From Planctomycetota bacterium (GTDB lineage: Bacteria; Planctomycetota; UBA1135; UBA2386), in assembly GCA_965228735.1 (NCBI GenBank), contig OZ245838.1:4096001-4160000 (forward strand): a stretch of DNA of 64,000 nucleotides, read 5' to 3'. The notes under the pieces were generated by a model. That model was not told the origin of the DNA, did not search any database, and saw only the letters and a list, made by a program, of their open reading frames with translations. Position 1 is the stretch's first letter. Each line of letters begins with the position of its first letter. Both the position numbers and the translations under genes were made by a program. Of the stretch, positions 1 through 9,492 are shown piece after piece.

Positions 1-346
1 GCACGTAGAACGAAACCGGCCCCGGCACCGTATCGAGCCAGGCGCCGAATCGTTGCTGCTCGACGGCAACGCAATCGCACCGAATTTCGGTACGGAGCTT
101 GTCGCTGATCGTCGCCGAGAGCAGCTTGCCGGCGCTCTCGAAGTGACGCTCGATCCCTCGCAGCTGCTCGCGCCCGAGGCGATTGGGTTTCAGCAGGTCA
201 ATCGGACTCACGACCCGATGACCCGAGTCGATCACGGGGGCGTCGGCCGAGTGGGGCGAATCGCTCTCCACGTCGACATCCCCGCCCTCTGTGCGGAACA
301 TGTCGAGCAGGGTGTCGATCTCTTCGTTGCTGAGGATCTCGTTCAC
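1..346 (-). CDS. fliM: Flagellar motor switch protein FliM (5' part; runs off the left edge)
   Basis: Absent from the ORF track. Manual translation from GTG at 346 gives MNEILSNEEIDTLLDMF...PIDLLKPNRLGREQLRGIE, matching the FliM LSQxEIDxLL CheY-binding motif and the following region. It lies directly after fliL. Confidence 0.85.
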   Translation of the reverse strand, partial: MNEILSNEEIDTLLDMFRTEGGDVDVESDSPHSADAPVIDSGHRVVSPIDLLKPNRLGREQLRGIERHFESAGKLLSATISDKLRTEIRCDCVAVEQQRFGAWLDTVPGPVSFYV

Positions 347-404
347 GGGGGGGGTCCTGTCGGGCTTGGGGGCGCCGGGCACTAGCGTTCGGATGACGTC
401 GGCT

Positions 405-917
405 TCACTGGAACAACTTCTGTTGCCACATGAGCCGCACGATCTCGGCGATCGGCTCCTCTTCGCCAAGCGTCGGGAAGATCGCGCGATTGAGTTCGTC
501 GAGGATCGCCTTCTCGGCCATGCGGAAGCCAGCCTCCGTGCGCAACTCCGCCATCGATCGCTGTGACAGCAGCGTCAGCACGCGTGAGTAGGCCTCGGTC
601 CACGCTTCCTTGATCCGCTCGAACGCGTCGTGCTCCAGGTCTTCGCGGGCGCGATAAACGAACTGGAACTTGAACTTCGCCGTGCCACGCCCGGTCTTCG
701 AGACCGGGTTGAACACGAACTCGAGGACATCCGGATGCTGGATGTCCCACTCCTGCAGCACGGGTTTCTCGACCTCGACCTCCACCACCTTCGGCGGGAC
801 GGCAAAGACCACGCCGACACCACCCAGGGCGGCGCCCACGGCTACGAGAACGATCGCAGGAAGTCCCTTCTTCTTGCCCTCGGCCTCTTGGCCCTCGTCC
901 TTCTTCTTGTCGGCCAC
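405..917 (-). CDS. fliL: Flagellar basal body-associated protein FliL
   Basis: 170 aa with a charged N-terminus, one TM helix and an FVFN motif; immediately upstream of fliM; GGAGGAG SD before the GTG. Confidence 0.8.
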   Translation of the reverse strand: MADKKKDEGQEAEGKKKGLPAIVLVAVGAALGGVGVVFAVPPKVVEVEVEKPVLQEWDIQHPDVLEFVFNPVSKTGRGTAKFKFQFVYRAREDLEHDAFERIKEAWTEAYSRVLTLLSQRSMAELRTEAGFRMAEKAILDELNRAIFPTLGEEEPIAEIVRLMWQQKLFQ

Positions 918-1072
918 GTGCTGCTCTCCTCCGTTGCTGCGATGCCGATCCCCTGCGACTGCAGGCGTCGTGTCGGAGGTATCGGCACCCCGGGGCAGCA
1001 GAGTGTTGCGAAAGCGGCCGGACCGTCGGGAAAGCCAGCGGTCGGACGAGTCGGAAAAAGGCGCTCACGGCG

Positions 1073-2173
1073 TCATTTCCCCGTTGGCGCCGCCTCTTTG
1101 CTGACGAGCAGACGCTTCTTGAGCACGTCGCGAATCAGCGCATTGTCGAGCATCTGGATGATCTCGTTGACCTTGTCCTTCTGCATGAACTCGAACGTCT
1201 TGAGGACCTCGGTCTGGCCGTCGTCGGTCTTCCACTGCTGCTGTATCAGCTCGGCGGCCTTCTGGGCCTCGAACGACTCGAGCGTCTTCGCGTTGCGACG
1301 CAGCGCCTCGACCTCATCGTTGCGCACGAGCTTGACCTGATCCTGGAACTGCCGGATGCGCTCGTCGAGCCGCCGCTGCGCGCTGACGATGTCCTCGCGC
1401 ATGCGACCGAGCTCGAGATGCCGCCGGCTGACGTCGTCGGCCAGCTCTTGCAGTTCTTTCTCGCGCAGATCGAGCGCGGTCTTGCGCTTGCCGAGGTCCT
1501 CGAGCTCGAGCTGCACGCGCTCCCACGCTTCGTTGAGCTGCTCCGGCGAGATTCCCGCCGGCATACCCTGGAAGTTGAAGAACCCGCCCGGCGCGTAACG
1601 GTTGGTCTGCTCCTGCGCGAGCGCGATCTCACGCGCCGAGAAGTCACGCTCCGCACTGCCGGCACCGTGCCCACTCGGTGCCCGCGCCGGGGCCGGCGTG
1701 TGCGTGCCCTCGGCTTTCTTGTGACCGTCCTCCTCGGCGTGCGCATCGTCGCCATGACCGTCGTCGGCACCGTGGCCACCGCCGTGGCCACCGCCGTGAC
1801 CCCCGCCATGCCCGTCGTCGCCGCCCTCGGGTTCCGGATTGAGCACCGACTTGCCGGTCTTGACCGGCCGGGGCCCCTGCGGGCCGGGCGCCTGACCGCC
1901 TTCGTGGCCGGCCTCGGTCGTGCCCGGCTCACCGCTGTGCGAGCCCTCCGCGACCTCGCCGTGCGGCGCGGCACCGGGTTGACCTTCGGCGTGGGCTCCG
2001 TCCTCGCCGGCCTCCTCGCCATGGCCGTCGGGCGGCGGGGGGAAGAACGAACTCAACACCGGGATGTTGGCGACGCCCTCGTGGTTGAGGCGGCCCGTCG
2101 CAGCGAGCCCACCGATCAGCGAGCCACCGAACAGGAGCACCCCGATCACACCGTTCACGATCAGCTTCTTCAC
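1073..2173 (-). CDS. MotE/YlxF/FlbB-like flagellar protein with His/Gly-rich linker
   Basis: GTG at 2173 overlaps the fliJ stop. N-terminal TM, coiled coil and MgtE_N-like C-terminus (AKTLESFEAQKAAELI...FEFMQKDKVNEII); occupies the position after fliJ where ylxF/flbB sit. Confidence 0.65.
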   Translation of the reverse strand: MKKLIVNGVIGVLLFGGSLIGGLAATGRLNHEGVANIPVLSSFFPPPPDGHGEEAGEDGAHAEGQPGAAPHGEVAEGSHSGEPGTTEAGHEGGQAPGPQGPRPVKTGKSVLNPEPEGGDDGHGGGHGGGHGGGHGADDGHGDDAHAEEDGHKKAEGTHTPAPARAPSGHGAGSAERDFSAREIALAQEQTNRYAPGGFFNFQGMPAGISPEQLNEAWERVQLELEDLGKRKTALDLREKELQELADDVSRRHLELGRMREDIVSAQRRLDERIRQFQDQVKLVRNDEVEALRRNAKTLESFEAQKAAELIQQQWKTDDGQTEVLKTFEFMQKDKVNEIIQMLDNALIRDVLKKRLLVSKEAAPTGK

Positions 2174-2595
2174 TTCTTGCCCTCCCGGATGAGCTGCGCG
2201 AGCTCGTCGAGTTCTGCCTGTTCGGTCCGCTGCGAGTCCACGCGCCACTCCTCGTGCTCACGTTCCCGCCACTGCTCGAGCGCCCCGAGCTCCCGCTTCT
2301 TCTGCACGTAGTCCGCACGCACGGTCTCGAGCTGCGCCGCCATCTGACGCTGCCGCGTCAACAGCTGGAACTCGTGCCGCGACAGCCCGGCTGCAAGCGC
2401 ACTTGCGAGCGTTTCACCGAGCCCGCCACGCGCTGCCGCTTCGCTGAACTCGCGGCGACCGTGCGCCGCCGCGACCAGCTGTTGATCGACCTCGTGCAAC
2501 GCCGCCGTCGCCCGCGCGAGCTCACGCCGCGACGCGCGCTCGAGCTGGGAGCGCAACCGCAGCAGCGGATCGAGTCGGAAACGAAATCGGCGCAT
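2170..2595 (-). CDS. fliJ: Flagellar export protein FliJ
   Basis: MRRFRFRLDPLLRLR N-terminus, coiled coil, EQAELDE C-terminal motif; follows fliI. Confidence 0.85.
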   Translation of the reverse strand: MRRFRFRLDPLLRLRSQLERASRRELARATAALHEVDQQLVAAAHGRREFSEAAARGGLGETLASALAAGLSRHEFQLLTRQRQMAAQLETVRADYVQKKRELGALEQWREREHEEWRVDSQRTEQAELDELAQLIREGKK

Positions 2596-2660
2596 ATCGC
2601 TCTATCGACCGTGACACGGGCGGTTCGTGAGCGCATTGCCGGGTTTCGGAAGGCCGCGAC

Positions 2661-3974
2661 TCACCCCGCTGCAGCCGCGTCGAGCAGCTGCAGCGTCGCC
2701 GCTGCCGGCCGCAGTCCGGGCGCGCCGAACAACAGCTGCTCGATCGCCGGCTGTTGGGCAATCGCACGATCGAGCTCCGGATCGGACCCCGGGCGATAGG
2801 CACCGACCGTTACGAGATCACGATTCTCCTCATAGCGCGCCATCAGCGTGCGCACCTTCTGCGCCGCATCGCGGTGCGCGTCCGTCGTCACCTTGGGCAT
2901 CAGGCGGCTGACCGAACCGAGCACGTCGATCGCCGGGAAGTTGCCGCGCTCGGCCACGCGGCGGCTGAGCACGATGTGACCGTCGAGGTAGCCGCGCATC
3001 GCGTCGGCCACGGGTTCGTTCATGTCGTCGCCGTCCACGAGGACGGTGAACAGGCCGGTGATCGTGCCGCGCACGTCGTTGCCGAGACGTTCGACGAGGC
3101 GCGGCAGCAACGAGAACAGCGACGGCGGATAGCCGCGCAGAGTCGGAGGTTCACCGGCGGCGAGGCCGACCTCGCGCACGGCCGTCGCATAGCGCGTCAC
3201 CGAGTCCATCATGAACATCACGTCCGCGCCTTGATCACGGAACGACTCCGCGATGGTCACGGCAGCCAGCGGCGCCTTCATGCGCAGCATCGGCGGCTCG
3301 TCGGACGTGCACGCGATGACGACGCTCTTCTGCAACCCCTCCGGGCCGAGGGTGTCGGCGACGAACTCACCGACCTCGCGGCCGCGTTCGCCGATGAGTG
3401 CGATCACGTTGACCTGGCCGGCGTCGCTCTTGGCGATGTTGCCCATGAGCGTCGACTTGCCGACGCCCGAGCCCGCGAAGATGCCGACGCGCTGGCCCTT
3501 GCCGCACGTCAACATGCCGTCGATCGCGGAAACGCCGGTCTCGATCGGCTCGTGAATCGGCGCGCGCTGCAGTGGCGACGGGCTCGAACCGACGAGCGCG
3601 CGACTCATCCCCCCTGGCGCCGGACCACCATCCAGCGGGCGGCCGAGCGCGTCCACGACTCGACCGAGCAGCGCGGGACCGACGGGCACTTCGAGCGGCC
3701 GGTGTTCGTTGACCACCCGGTCCCACGGCGCCACGCGGTGGTGGTCGCCGAGCGTCAGCACGACGGTGTCGTCGCCGTCGAAGCCGACGACCTCGGCCGG
3801 GATCGGCGTCTCGCCGCCCTCGGCCGCAATGGTGCAGACATCGCCGATCGCCGCGTGCAGGCCCTGCACGTGCACCGCGATCCCGCGGATCGCGCGAACG
3901 CGCCCTTCGGCCCGGGGGCGATTCACGGCGCGGGCGCTGTCCAGCGCGCGCCGCAGCTCGGCCGGCAACGTCAC
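2661..3974 (-). CDS. fliI: Flagellar export ATPase FliI
   Basis: Walker A GSGVGKST, IGERGREV, DSVTRYA, GEPP, LDGHIVLSR, PAIDVLGSVSR. Confidence 0.95.
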   Translation of the reverse strand: MTLPAELRRALDSARAVNRPRAEGRVRAIRGIAVHVQGLHAAIGDVCTIAAEGGETPIPAEVVGFDGDDTVVLTLGDHHRVAPWDRVVNEHRPLEVPVGPALLGRVVDALGRPLDGGPAPGGMSRALVGSSPSPLQRAPIHEPIETGVSAIDGMLTCGKGQRVGIFAGSGVGKSTLMGNIAKSDAGQVNVIALIGERGREVGEFVADTLGPEGLQKSVVIACTSDEPPMLRMKAPLAAVTIAESFRDQGADVMFMMDSVTRYATAVREVGLAAGEPPTLRGYPPSLFSLLPRLVERLGNDVRGTITGLFTVLVDGDDMNEPVADAMRGYLDGHIVLSRRVAERGNFPAIDVLGSVSRLMPKVTTDAHRDAAQKVRTLMARYEENRDLVTVGAYRPGSDPELDRAIAQQPAIEQLLFGAPGLRPAAATLQLLDAAAAG

Positions 3975-4564
3975 CGCGCGACCTCGCGCCGAACCTCGGC
4001 GCAGACTCGTTCGAGAGCGTCACGCGGATCGTACCGCAGCCGACCGGCGTCCGTTTCGACCCGCGCCGCGCCGCGCGCGACCTGCGGATCGGGCACGAAG
4101 CGCGTCGCCTTCAGCTGTTCCGTGAGCCCGGGCATCGCCGCGAGTCGGGTCTGCGCGAGTTCGAGATCCTCGGGATGGAGATGCACCTCGATCTCGGAGT
4201 CCTTCGCGCCACGGATGCAATCGCGCAGACTCCGTGCGACGACTGGCACGACGTCGACCGAACCCTGATCGAGTGCGGCTCCGACGATCTCACGCGCGAC
4301 GCCGAGGCCGAGTTCGACGGCCAGACCGGCGACTTCATCGAGCCGCTGATTCACTTGGCCAGGCAGGGCCTGAAACGCCTGCAGCGTCGAGTCGACGATC
4401 GCCCGCAACGCGGCCGAGTCCTCGCCCTCACGCTTCTGCCGATCACGCAGGGTCATGAGCCAGCGCACGCGCGTGGCCTTCTTGCTGTCCGCGGCGGGAC
4501 GCGCGTCGTGCAGCTCGAGCCGCCGCAACGGCTCGTCCATCGGCACCCGGATCGTCGTAGCCAT
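3971..4564 (-). CDS. fliH: Flagellar assembly protein FliH
   Basis: VHLHPED and GAARVETDAG motifs; between fliG and fliI, 4-bp overlap with fliI. Confidence 0.85.
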   Translation of the reverse strand: MATTIRVPMDEPLRRLELHDARPAADSKKATRVRWLMTLRDRQKREGEDSAALRAIVDSTLQAFQALPGQVNQRLDEVAGLAVELGLGVAREIVGAALDQGSVDVVPVVARSLRDCIRGAKDSEIEVHLHPEDLELAQTRLAAMPGLTEQLKATRFVPDPQVARGAARVETDAGRLRYDPRDALERVCAEVRREVAR

Positions 4565-4576
4565 GATGAGTCCGGG

Positions 4577-5590
4577 TTAGACGAACTGCTCCGCGCCGCC
4601 GACCTTGATCTCGCCCTTGTCCATCATCTCCCGGATGATCTTGAGGATCTCCTGCTGGGCCTCGAGCACATCCGTGAGCGCGGTCGGACCGAGTGAGTCG
4701 CGTTCCTCGCGCACCATGTCGGCAGCGCGCTTGCTCAGGTTGCCGAGGACCGTCTCCTCCACCTGCGACGTCGTCGCCTTCAGCGCGACGGCGAGCTGAC
4801 GCGAGTCCACTGCGGCCAGGACCTTCTGAATCGACTTCTTGTCGAGTTTGCCGACATCGTCGAACGTGAACATCTCTTCCCGGATCGCTACGGCGATGCT
4901 CTCGTCCAGGGTCTCGATGCGTTCGAGCACGTCTTTCTCGCCACCACCGAGGTTGTTGAGCATCGAGGCAGCGGCCTTGATCCACGCGCCCGGCTCGGCT
5001 CGCAGCGACGTCAACCCGAGGTCCTTGACCTTGCGCCGCATCACTTCCAGAACCCGCTGGACGACTTCGCCCGGCGTTCGGTCGAGGGTCGCGACCCGGT
5101 GAACCACGTCAGCCCGCAGGTCCTCGCCCAGGTGCACGAGGACCTCCCCGGCCTTCTTGCGATCGAGGTGCGCGATGAAGACGGCAGCGATCTGGGGATG
5201 CTCTTCCGTCAACAGGCCCGCCAGGTCGGACGGCGTCAACGACTCGAACATCGCGAACGGCCGCTTGGCCAGGATGTCGCTGTTCGCCCGCCGCGAGACG
5301 TCGTCGCCCCGCTCCTCGCCGAACGCTCGCTTCAGGACCCCACTCATCAGGCCGTCGACGTCGCCGAGGCCGAGGCCTCCGCTCTGACGCATCAGCGTCG
5401 TCGAGCGCTCGAATACTTCGAGCATCGCGTCACGGTCGATCGTGATCTCCTGCAGCTCCTGCATCGCCCGGGTGATCTTCTCGACGGCGTCGTCACTGAT
5501 GCAACGCAGCACCTGCGCCGCCATCTCCTGATCGATGGACAGCAGCAGAACGGCGATTGCCTTGTCGGGAGACAGCGATGCGTCGGACAT
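4577..5590 (-). CDS. fliG: Flagellar motor switch protein FliG
   Basis: EHPQIAA, GG linker, MFTFDD, LAVALK and AQQEI motifs. Confidence 0.95.
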   Translation of the reverse strand: MSDASLSPDKAIAVLLLSIDQEMAAQVLRCISDDAVEKITRAMQELQEITIDRDAMLEVFERSTTLMRQSGGLGLGDVDGLMSGVLKRAFGEERGDDVSRRANSDILAKRPFAMFESLTPSDLAGLLTEEHPQIAAVFIAHLDRKKAGEVLVHLGEDLRADVVHRVATLDRTPGEVVQRVLEVMRRKVKDLGLTSLRAEPGAWIKAAASMLNNLGGGEKDVLERIETLDESIAVAIREEMFTFDDVGKLDKKSIQKVLAAVDSRQLAVALKATTSQVEETVLGNLSKRAADMVREERDSLGPTALTDVLEAQQEILKIIREMMDKGEIKVGGAEQFV

Positions 5591-5596
5591 GGGGAC

Positions 5597-7111
5597 TCAG
5601 GCGCTCTGTTCGACCAACCAGGACTCGAGCAGACGCGCGAGCGCGGCCGGATCGCTCGCGATCGCGCGCTCGATCTCGCGGCGCATCTTGCGCTGCTGCT
5701 CCTCGGGGCTCAGATCCCGCTCCGGAACCTCTTCGGCGCCGGCAACACCGGCGCTCGGGGCCCCGGCCGCGCTGCGGCCACCGGAGCGCTTGAAGAGGCC
5801 TCGAAGGAAGAACAAGACGACGATCACGCCGAGGATCTGCCCGACCGTCGGTGCCCAGCGCGCTGCAACGTCGATGAAGCCGGTCTCCGAAGTGATCAGC
5901 TCGAGGGGTTCGACGGGCGCGAACTCACCCGGCATCACACTGAAGGACTCGTCGCTGTCGCGCTGGCTGTCCCAGCCGACCATCGTCTTCACGGATCGCG
6001 TGAGTTCGTCCTTGTTGAAGCCGTCGGCGTCTTCGAGCGAGCGATCGTAGACGAGCGCGACGCTCAGACGCCTGATCTCCGGCGCGTGTTTGCCGGAGCG
6101 GCGCTCGCCGATCTCGGTCACGAACTCGCGATCCTTGGTCTCGTCCTTGGTCGTGTTGGTCGTCACGGGATCGCCGACACCCGAGGTCGCCACGCCGACT
6201 GCGTTGGCATCGCCGCTGGATTGCTCCGACGTCTTCTTCGTCGACTTCTCCGATCGCAGGAGCTCTTCCTTGGGCAGCACCTTCTCGGAGATGACCTCCC
6301 ACGCCGGGTCGAGCTCCACGGTCACGGCCACCGACGTCTTGCCGGGCCACAGCTGATCGAGCAGCTCCTGCGCGCGGATGGTCTTCTCCCGCGCGATGTT
6401 CCGCTGCATCGCCATGAACTCGGACGACCCGCCGCCCGCTTCGCGATCGGGGTCGTAACGCCAGCGCGCGCCGCCCACCGCATTCGCGACGGTGACGTTC
6501 GGCAGCGGGATCCCGAGCTGCGACGCCGTCGCCGCTGCCGCCGTGTGCGCCGTCGCCTCGAACGGCGTACCCATGCGCAGCTTCAGCAGGACGGTCGCCG
6601 TCGGCTGATTGGCGCGCGCGGTGTCGACGAACGCACGCACGCGCCGGGCGGCCGCCGCCGTGATGTTCACGCCCGTGACACCCTCGATGTTGCGAACCGC
6701 GCTCTCGGCGCGCGCGATCGACGCGTTGGCGAGCTTCCAGGCCTTGGTCTGCGCGTCGTCGATGATCGACGATGCATCCAGTCCATCGTCCTTGGCCTCG
6801 GACATGAGCCCGGCCTCGCGCAACGCAACGGCAGCCATGCTGACATCGTCCGCGTCCACCATGAAGCTCATGCCGTCGGGGACGTAGGAGATGTTGTTGG
6901 ACTCGAGCGCGCGTCTCGCCGAAGCGAGTTCGTCGCTCGATGTGCCCGTGAACACCGTCCGGTAGCTCGGTTGGCCCGCGTACCAGACGATCGCGCCGAG
7001 ACCGACCACCGTCGCGAGCAGGACCGATGCGACGACGAGCCGCTGCCCGCCGTCGAGCCGAGCCCAGATGCCGCGGAGCTGCTGGGAGAAATCCGTGAAG
7101 AAGGCACGCAT
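5597..7111 (-). CDS. fliF: Flagellar M-ring protein FliF
   Basis: Two TM segments, PTATVLL, IRRLSVALV, C-terminal DPAALARLLESWL; between fliE and fliG. Confidence 0.85.
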   Translation of the reverse strand: MRAFFTDFSQQLRGIWARLDGGQRLVVASVLLATVVGLGAIVWYAGQPSYRTVFTGTSSDELASARRALESNNISYVPDGMSFMVDADDVSMAAVALREAGLMSEAKDDGLDASSIIDDAQTKAWKLANASIARAESAVRNIEGVTGVNITAAAARRVRAFVDTARANQPTATVLLKLRMGTPFEATAHTAAAATASQLGIPLPNVTVANAVGGARWRYDPDREAGGGSSEFMAMQRNIAREKTIRAQELLDQLWPGKTSVAVTVELDPAWEVISEKVLPKEELLRSEKSTKKTSEQSSGDANAVGVATSGVGDPVTTNTTKDETKDREFVTEIGERRSGKHAPEIRRLSVALVYDRSLEDADGFNKDELTRSVKTMVGWDSQRDSDESFSVMPGEFAPVEPLELITSETGFIDVAARWAPTVGQILGVIVVLFFLRGLFKRSGGRSAAGAPSAGVAGAEEVPERDLSPEEQQRKMRREIERAIASDPAALARLLESWLVEQSA

Positions 7112-7114
7112 CGA

Positions 7115-7501
7115 TCAGACCGCCGACCTCGACAGCTTCTCCCAGGCCTCGACGAGCTTGTTGCGCACCTCGAGCATGAGGTTGAACGTCACCTCGCTCT
7201 TGTTGGCAGCGACCATGACGTCGTGGAGCTCGACGTCCTCACCCATGATGAGGCCCTTGTACTTCGCGTCGACGTCGTTCTGCATCTTGCGCAGCGCGCC
7301 GAGAGAGTCCGCGAGCGCCTTGCCGAACGTGCCCTGTTCCGCAGCAGCGTCGACGCCTTCGCCGAGCGGGCGGAACGGGTCCTGGCCGATCGCCATCGGC
7401 CCGGCGCCGTCACCGCCACTCGTGGGGCGCTCACCGCCGAGCGGTGCGCCCTTGTAGAACTTGTCGAACCCCGTCACTGGGGGCAGGTCGAAGCCGCTCA
7501 T
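7115..7501 (-). CDS. fliE: Flagellar hook-basal body protein FliE
   Basis: LHDVMVA...EVRNKLVEAW C-terminal signature. Confidence 0.9.
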   Translation of the reverse strand: MSGFDLPPVTGFDKFYKGAPLGGERPTSGGDGAGPMAIGQDPFRPLGEGVDAAAEQGTFGKALADSLGALRKMQNDVDAKYKGLIMGEDVELHDVMVAANKSEVTFNLMLEVRNKLVEAWEKLSRSAV

Positions 7502-7570
7502 CGTCTCCTCACTCCGGGTTCACGCTTCGTTGGCGCTGTCGCGCCGAGGTATATGGACTGCGGGTGCCGT

Positions 7571-8011
7571 CTACTTGCCCATGTTGTCGATGATCTTCTG
7601 GAGCATCGCCTTGTAGGTGCGCATCGCCGCGAGGTTCGCGTCCACGCTGCGCGAGATCACCTGCATGTCGGCGAGTTCCTGGAACAGCTCGACATTGCTG
7701 CCGAGCACCATCCCCTTCTCGTCCGCGTCCGGGTGTCCCGGCTGATAGAACGCCGGGAACGGCGAGCTGTCGTCCACCACGTCGACGACCCTGGCGCCGC
7801 CGCTGAAGTCGGTGTCGCGACTGCTGATCTCGCCGTTGAGCACCTCTTCGAACACCGCGATCTTGCGCCGATAGGGCTCCTGCTGGGAGTTGCCCGTCCG
7901 GTGCATGTTGACGAGGTTCGACGACACGATCTCGGAGCGCGCCATCTCGGCGCGCAGCCCGGTAGCCGAGATGTCGAACCCCTGGAAGACTCCGCTCATT
8001 GCCCCGACCAT
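7571..8011 (-). CDS. flgC: Flagellar basal-body rod protein FlgC (alternative start ATG at 7999)
   Basis: ISATGL...SSNLVN, PYRRK, YQPGHPDAD, SNV...E.ADM motifs. Confidence 0.92.
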   Translation of the reverse strand: MVGAMSGVFQGFDISATGLRAEMARSEIVSSNLVNMHRTGNSQQEPYRRKIAVFEEVLNGEISSRDTDFSGGARVVDVVDDSSPFPAFYQPGHPDADEKGMVLGSNVELFQELADMQVISRSVDANLAAMRTYKAMLQKIIDNMGK

Positions 8012-8017
8012 GGCTCA

Positions 8018-8374
8018 TTACCTCCCGAAAACGGCCTTGTTGAGGTTCGACTTGTAGCCGCTCAGACGCTGCGTCATCAGATCGTGCAGCAACGCGGTCT
8101 TGCCCAGCAACGCCAGCTCGTCCATGAGCACGACGTTGTTCTGACCCTGCGGGCCGGAGTCGACACGAACGATCTCGTGTGACACGCGTCCGAGATCCTC
8201 GCCGGCACCCGCGCGCGCGCGCTCGGCCGTCAGCAGGTCCTCGAATCGAACCTCGAAGCGCTTGAAACCCGGCGTGTTCTGATTGGCGATGTTGTGCATC
8301 GCCATCTTGGTCCGCGCGGACAGCGCCCCGAGCACTTGTCGGGTGAACGCGGTGTCTTTATCGAAATCGATCAT
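8018..8374 (-). CDS. flgB: Flagellar basal-body rod protein FlgB
   Basis: NIANQNTPGFKR and NNV motifs; start moved to ATG 8374 (MIDFDKD), preceded by a purine-rich GAGAGAGA. Confidence 0.9.
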   Translation of the reverse strand: MIDFDKDTAFTRQVLGALSARTKMAMHNIANQNTPGFKRFEVRFEDLLTAERARAGAGEDLGRVSHEIVRVDSGPQGQNNVVLMDELALLGKTALLHDLMTQRLSGYKSNLNKAVFGR

Positions 8375-8400
8375 TCTCTCTCTACCTGGGCAACGCCTGC

Positions 8401-8427
8401 ATCGGCAGTTCGCCGTGTCCGCCTTGA
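8401..8427 (-). promoter_or_regulatory. Possible sigma28-like promoter upstream of flgB
   Basis: Minus strand reads TCAAG-N16-GCCGAT about 27 nt upstream of the flgB ATG; the spacer is slightly longer than canonical. Confidence 0.3.
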
Positions 8428-8514
8428 GACCGGCAGTTCGAGAGCCGCGACAATTCGGCAACCGCTGTCGAGAAATCCGACGCGCCCCCATCACGCGGTT
8501 ATGCTGCGTCGTTC

Positions 8515-9492
8515 ATGCCTGATTCCACCACGTCTCCGGAGCAGGAGGGTGATTTCGAGGTCTCACCGGACTTGCACGCCGATCTCGTCGCCTCGGTCCG
8601 CGACCTGTTGACGCAAGATCGGCCGGAGATCCCGCCACGCTTCCTCTACGACGAGCTCGGCTCGCGCCTGTTCGAGGTCATCACGGCCTTGCCGGACTAC
8701 TACCCGACGCGCACCGAAGCCGCGATCTGGCGCGATCACATCGCCGCGATCACGGCTGCCCGGCCCGTCGCCGGCTGCACGATGATCGATCTCGGCGCCG
8801 GCAATTGTCAGAAGGCCGCGTCGCTGTTCGATGCGGTCGAGCCCGCAGGCTACCTGGCAGTCGACGTCTCGGCCGACTTCCTCGAGGAAGCCCTCGCCCG
8901 GCTGCGGCTGAAGTTCCCGACCATCGAAATGATGGGCTACGGCGCCGACTTCTTCGAGAACCTCGAGCTGCCCGATATCCCGCAGGAGCGCCGCCTGTTC
9001 TTCTATCCCGGCTCGTCCATCGGCAACTTCACCCGCGACGGCGCGCTGCGCTTCCTCGAGTCCGTCCGCGCCCAGATGTGCGCCGACTCGACGCTGTGGA
9101 TCACCGCGGACCTCGACAAGGACCCAGCCGTGCTCGAGCGCGCGTACGACGACGAGCTCGGCGTCACGGCGGCGTTCAACAAGAACTCGCTCTATCACCT
9201 CAACGAGGTCGCCGGGACCGACTTCCGGCTCCCGGACTGGCAGCACGTCGCGTTCTACGACCGCGACAAGATGCGGATCGAGATGCACCTCGAGGCCGTC
9301 CGGGATGTCACCGTGTCGTGGCCCGGCGGCAGCCGCGAGTTCGAGAAGGGCAACCGGATGCACACCGAGAACTCGCACAAGAACACCGTCGCGACGTTCA
9401 ACGAGCTGCTGCAGCAGGCCGGGCTCCGGACGGTCCAGCACTGGACCGACGAACGCGACTGGGTCGGCTTCTTCGTCGCGGCGCCGGCGTGA
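8515..9492 (+). CDS. egtD: L-histidine N-alpha-methyltransferase EgtD
   Basis: YDELGSRLFEVIT.LPDYYPTRTE, DLGAG, GSSIGNF, AYDD..GVTAAFN, RIEMHL, HTENSHK. Confidence 0.93.
   Translation: MPDSTTSPEQEGDFEVSPDLHADLVASVRDLLTQDRPEIPPRFLYDELGSRLFEVITALPDYYPTRTEAAIWRDHIAAITAARPVAGCTMIDLGAGNCQKAASLFDAVEPAGYLAVDVSADFLEEALARLRLKFPTIEMMGYGADFFENLELPDIPQERRLFFYPGSSIGNFTRDGALRFLESVRAQMCADSTLWITADLDKDPAVLERAYDDELGVTAAFNKNSLYHLNEVAGTDFRLPDWQHVAFYDRDKMRIEMHLEAVRDVTVSWPGGSREFEKGNRMHTENSHKNTVATFNELLQQAGLRTVQHWTDERDWVGFFVAAPA

Noticed and set aside
2661..7111. Injectisome-type T3SS
   Set aside because: flgB, flgC, fliE, fliG, fliL and fliM in the same operon identify it as flagellar.
5099..8182. 1027-aa plus-strand ORF, and similar long ORFs at 2754-4268, 30105-32678, 45116-47296 and 59123-61489
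   Set aside because: Antisense shadows of well-supported genes; stop codons are rare in high-GC DNA and the translations have no recognisable motifs.
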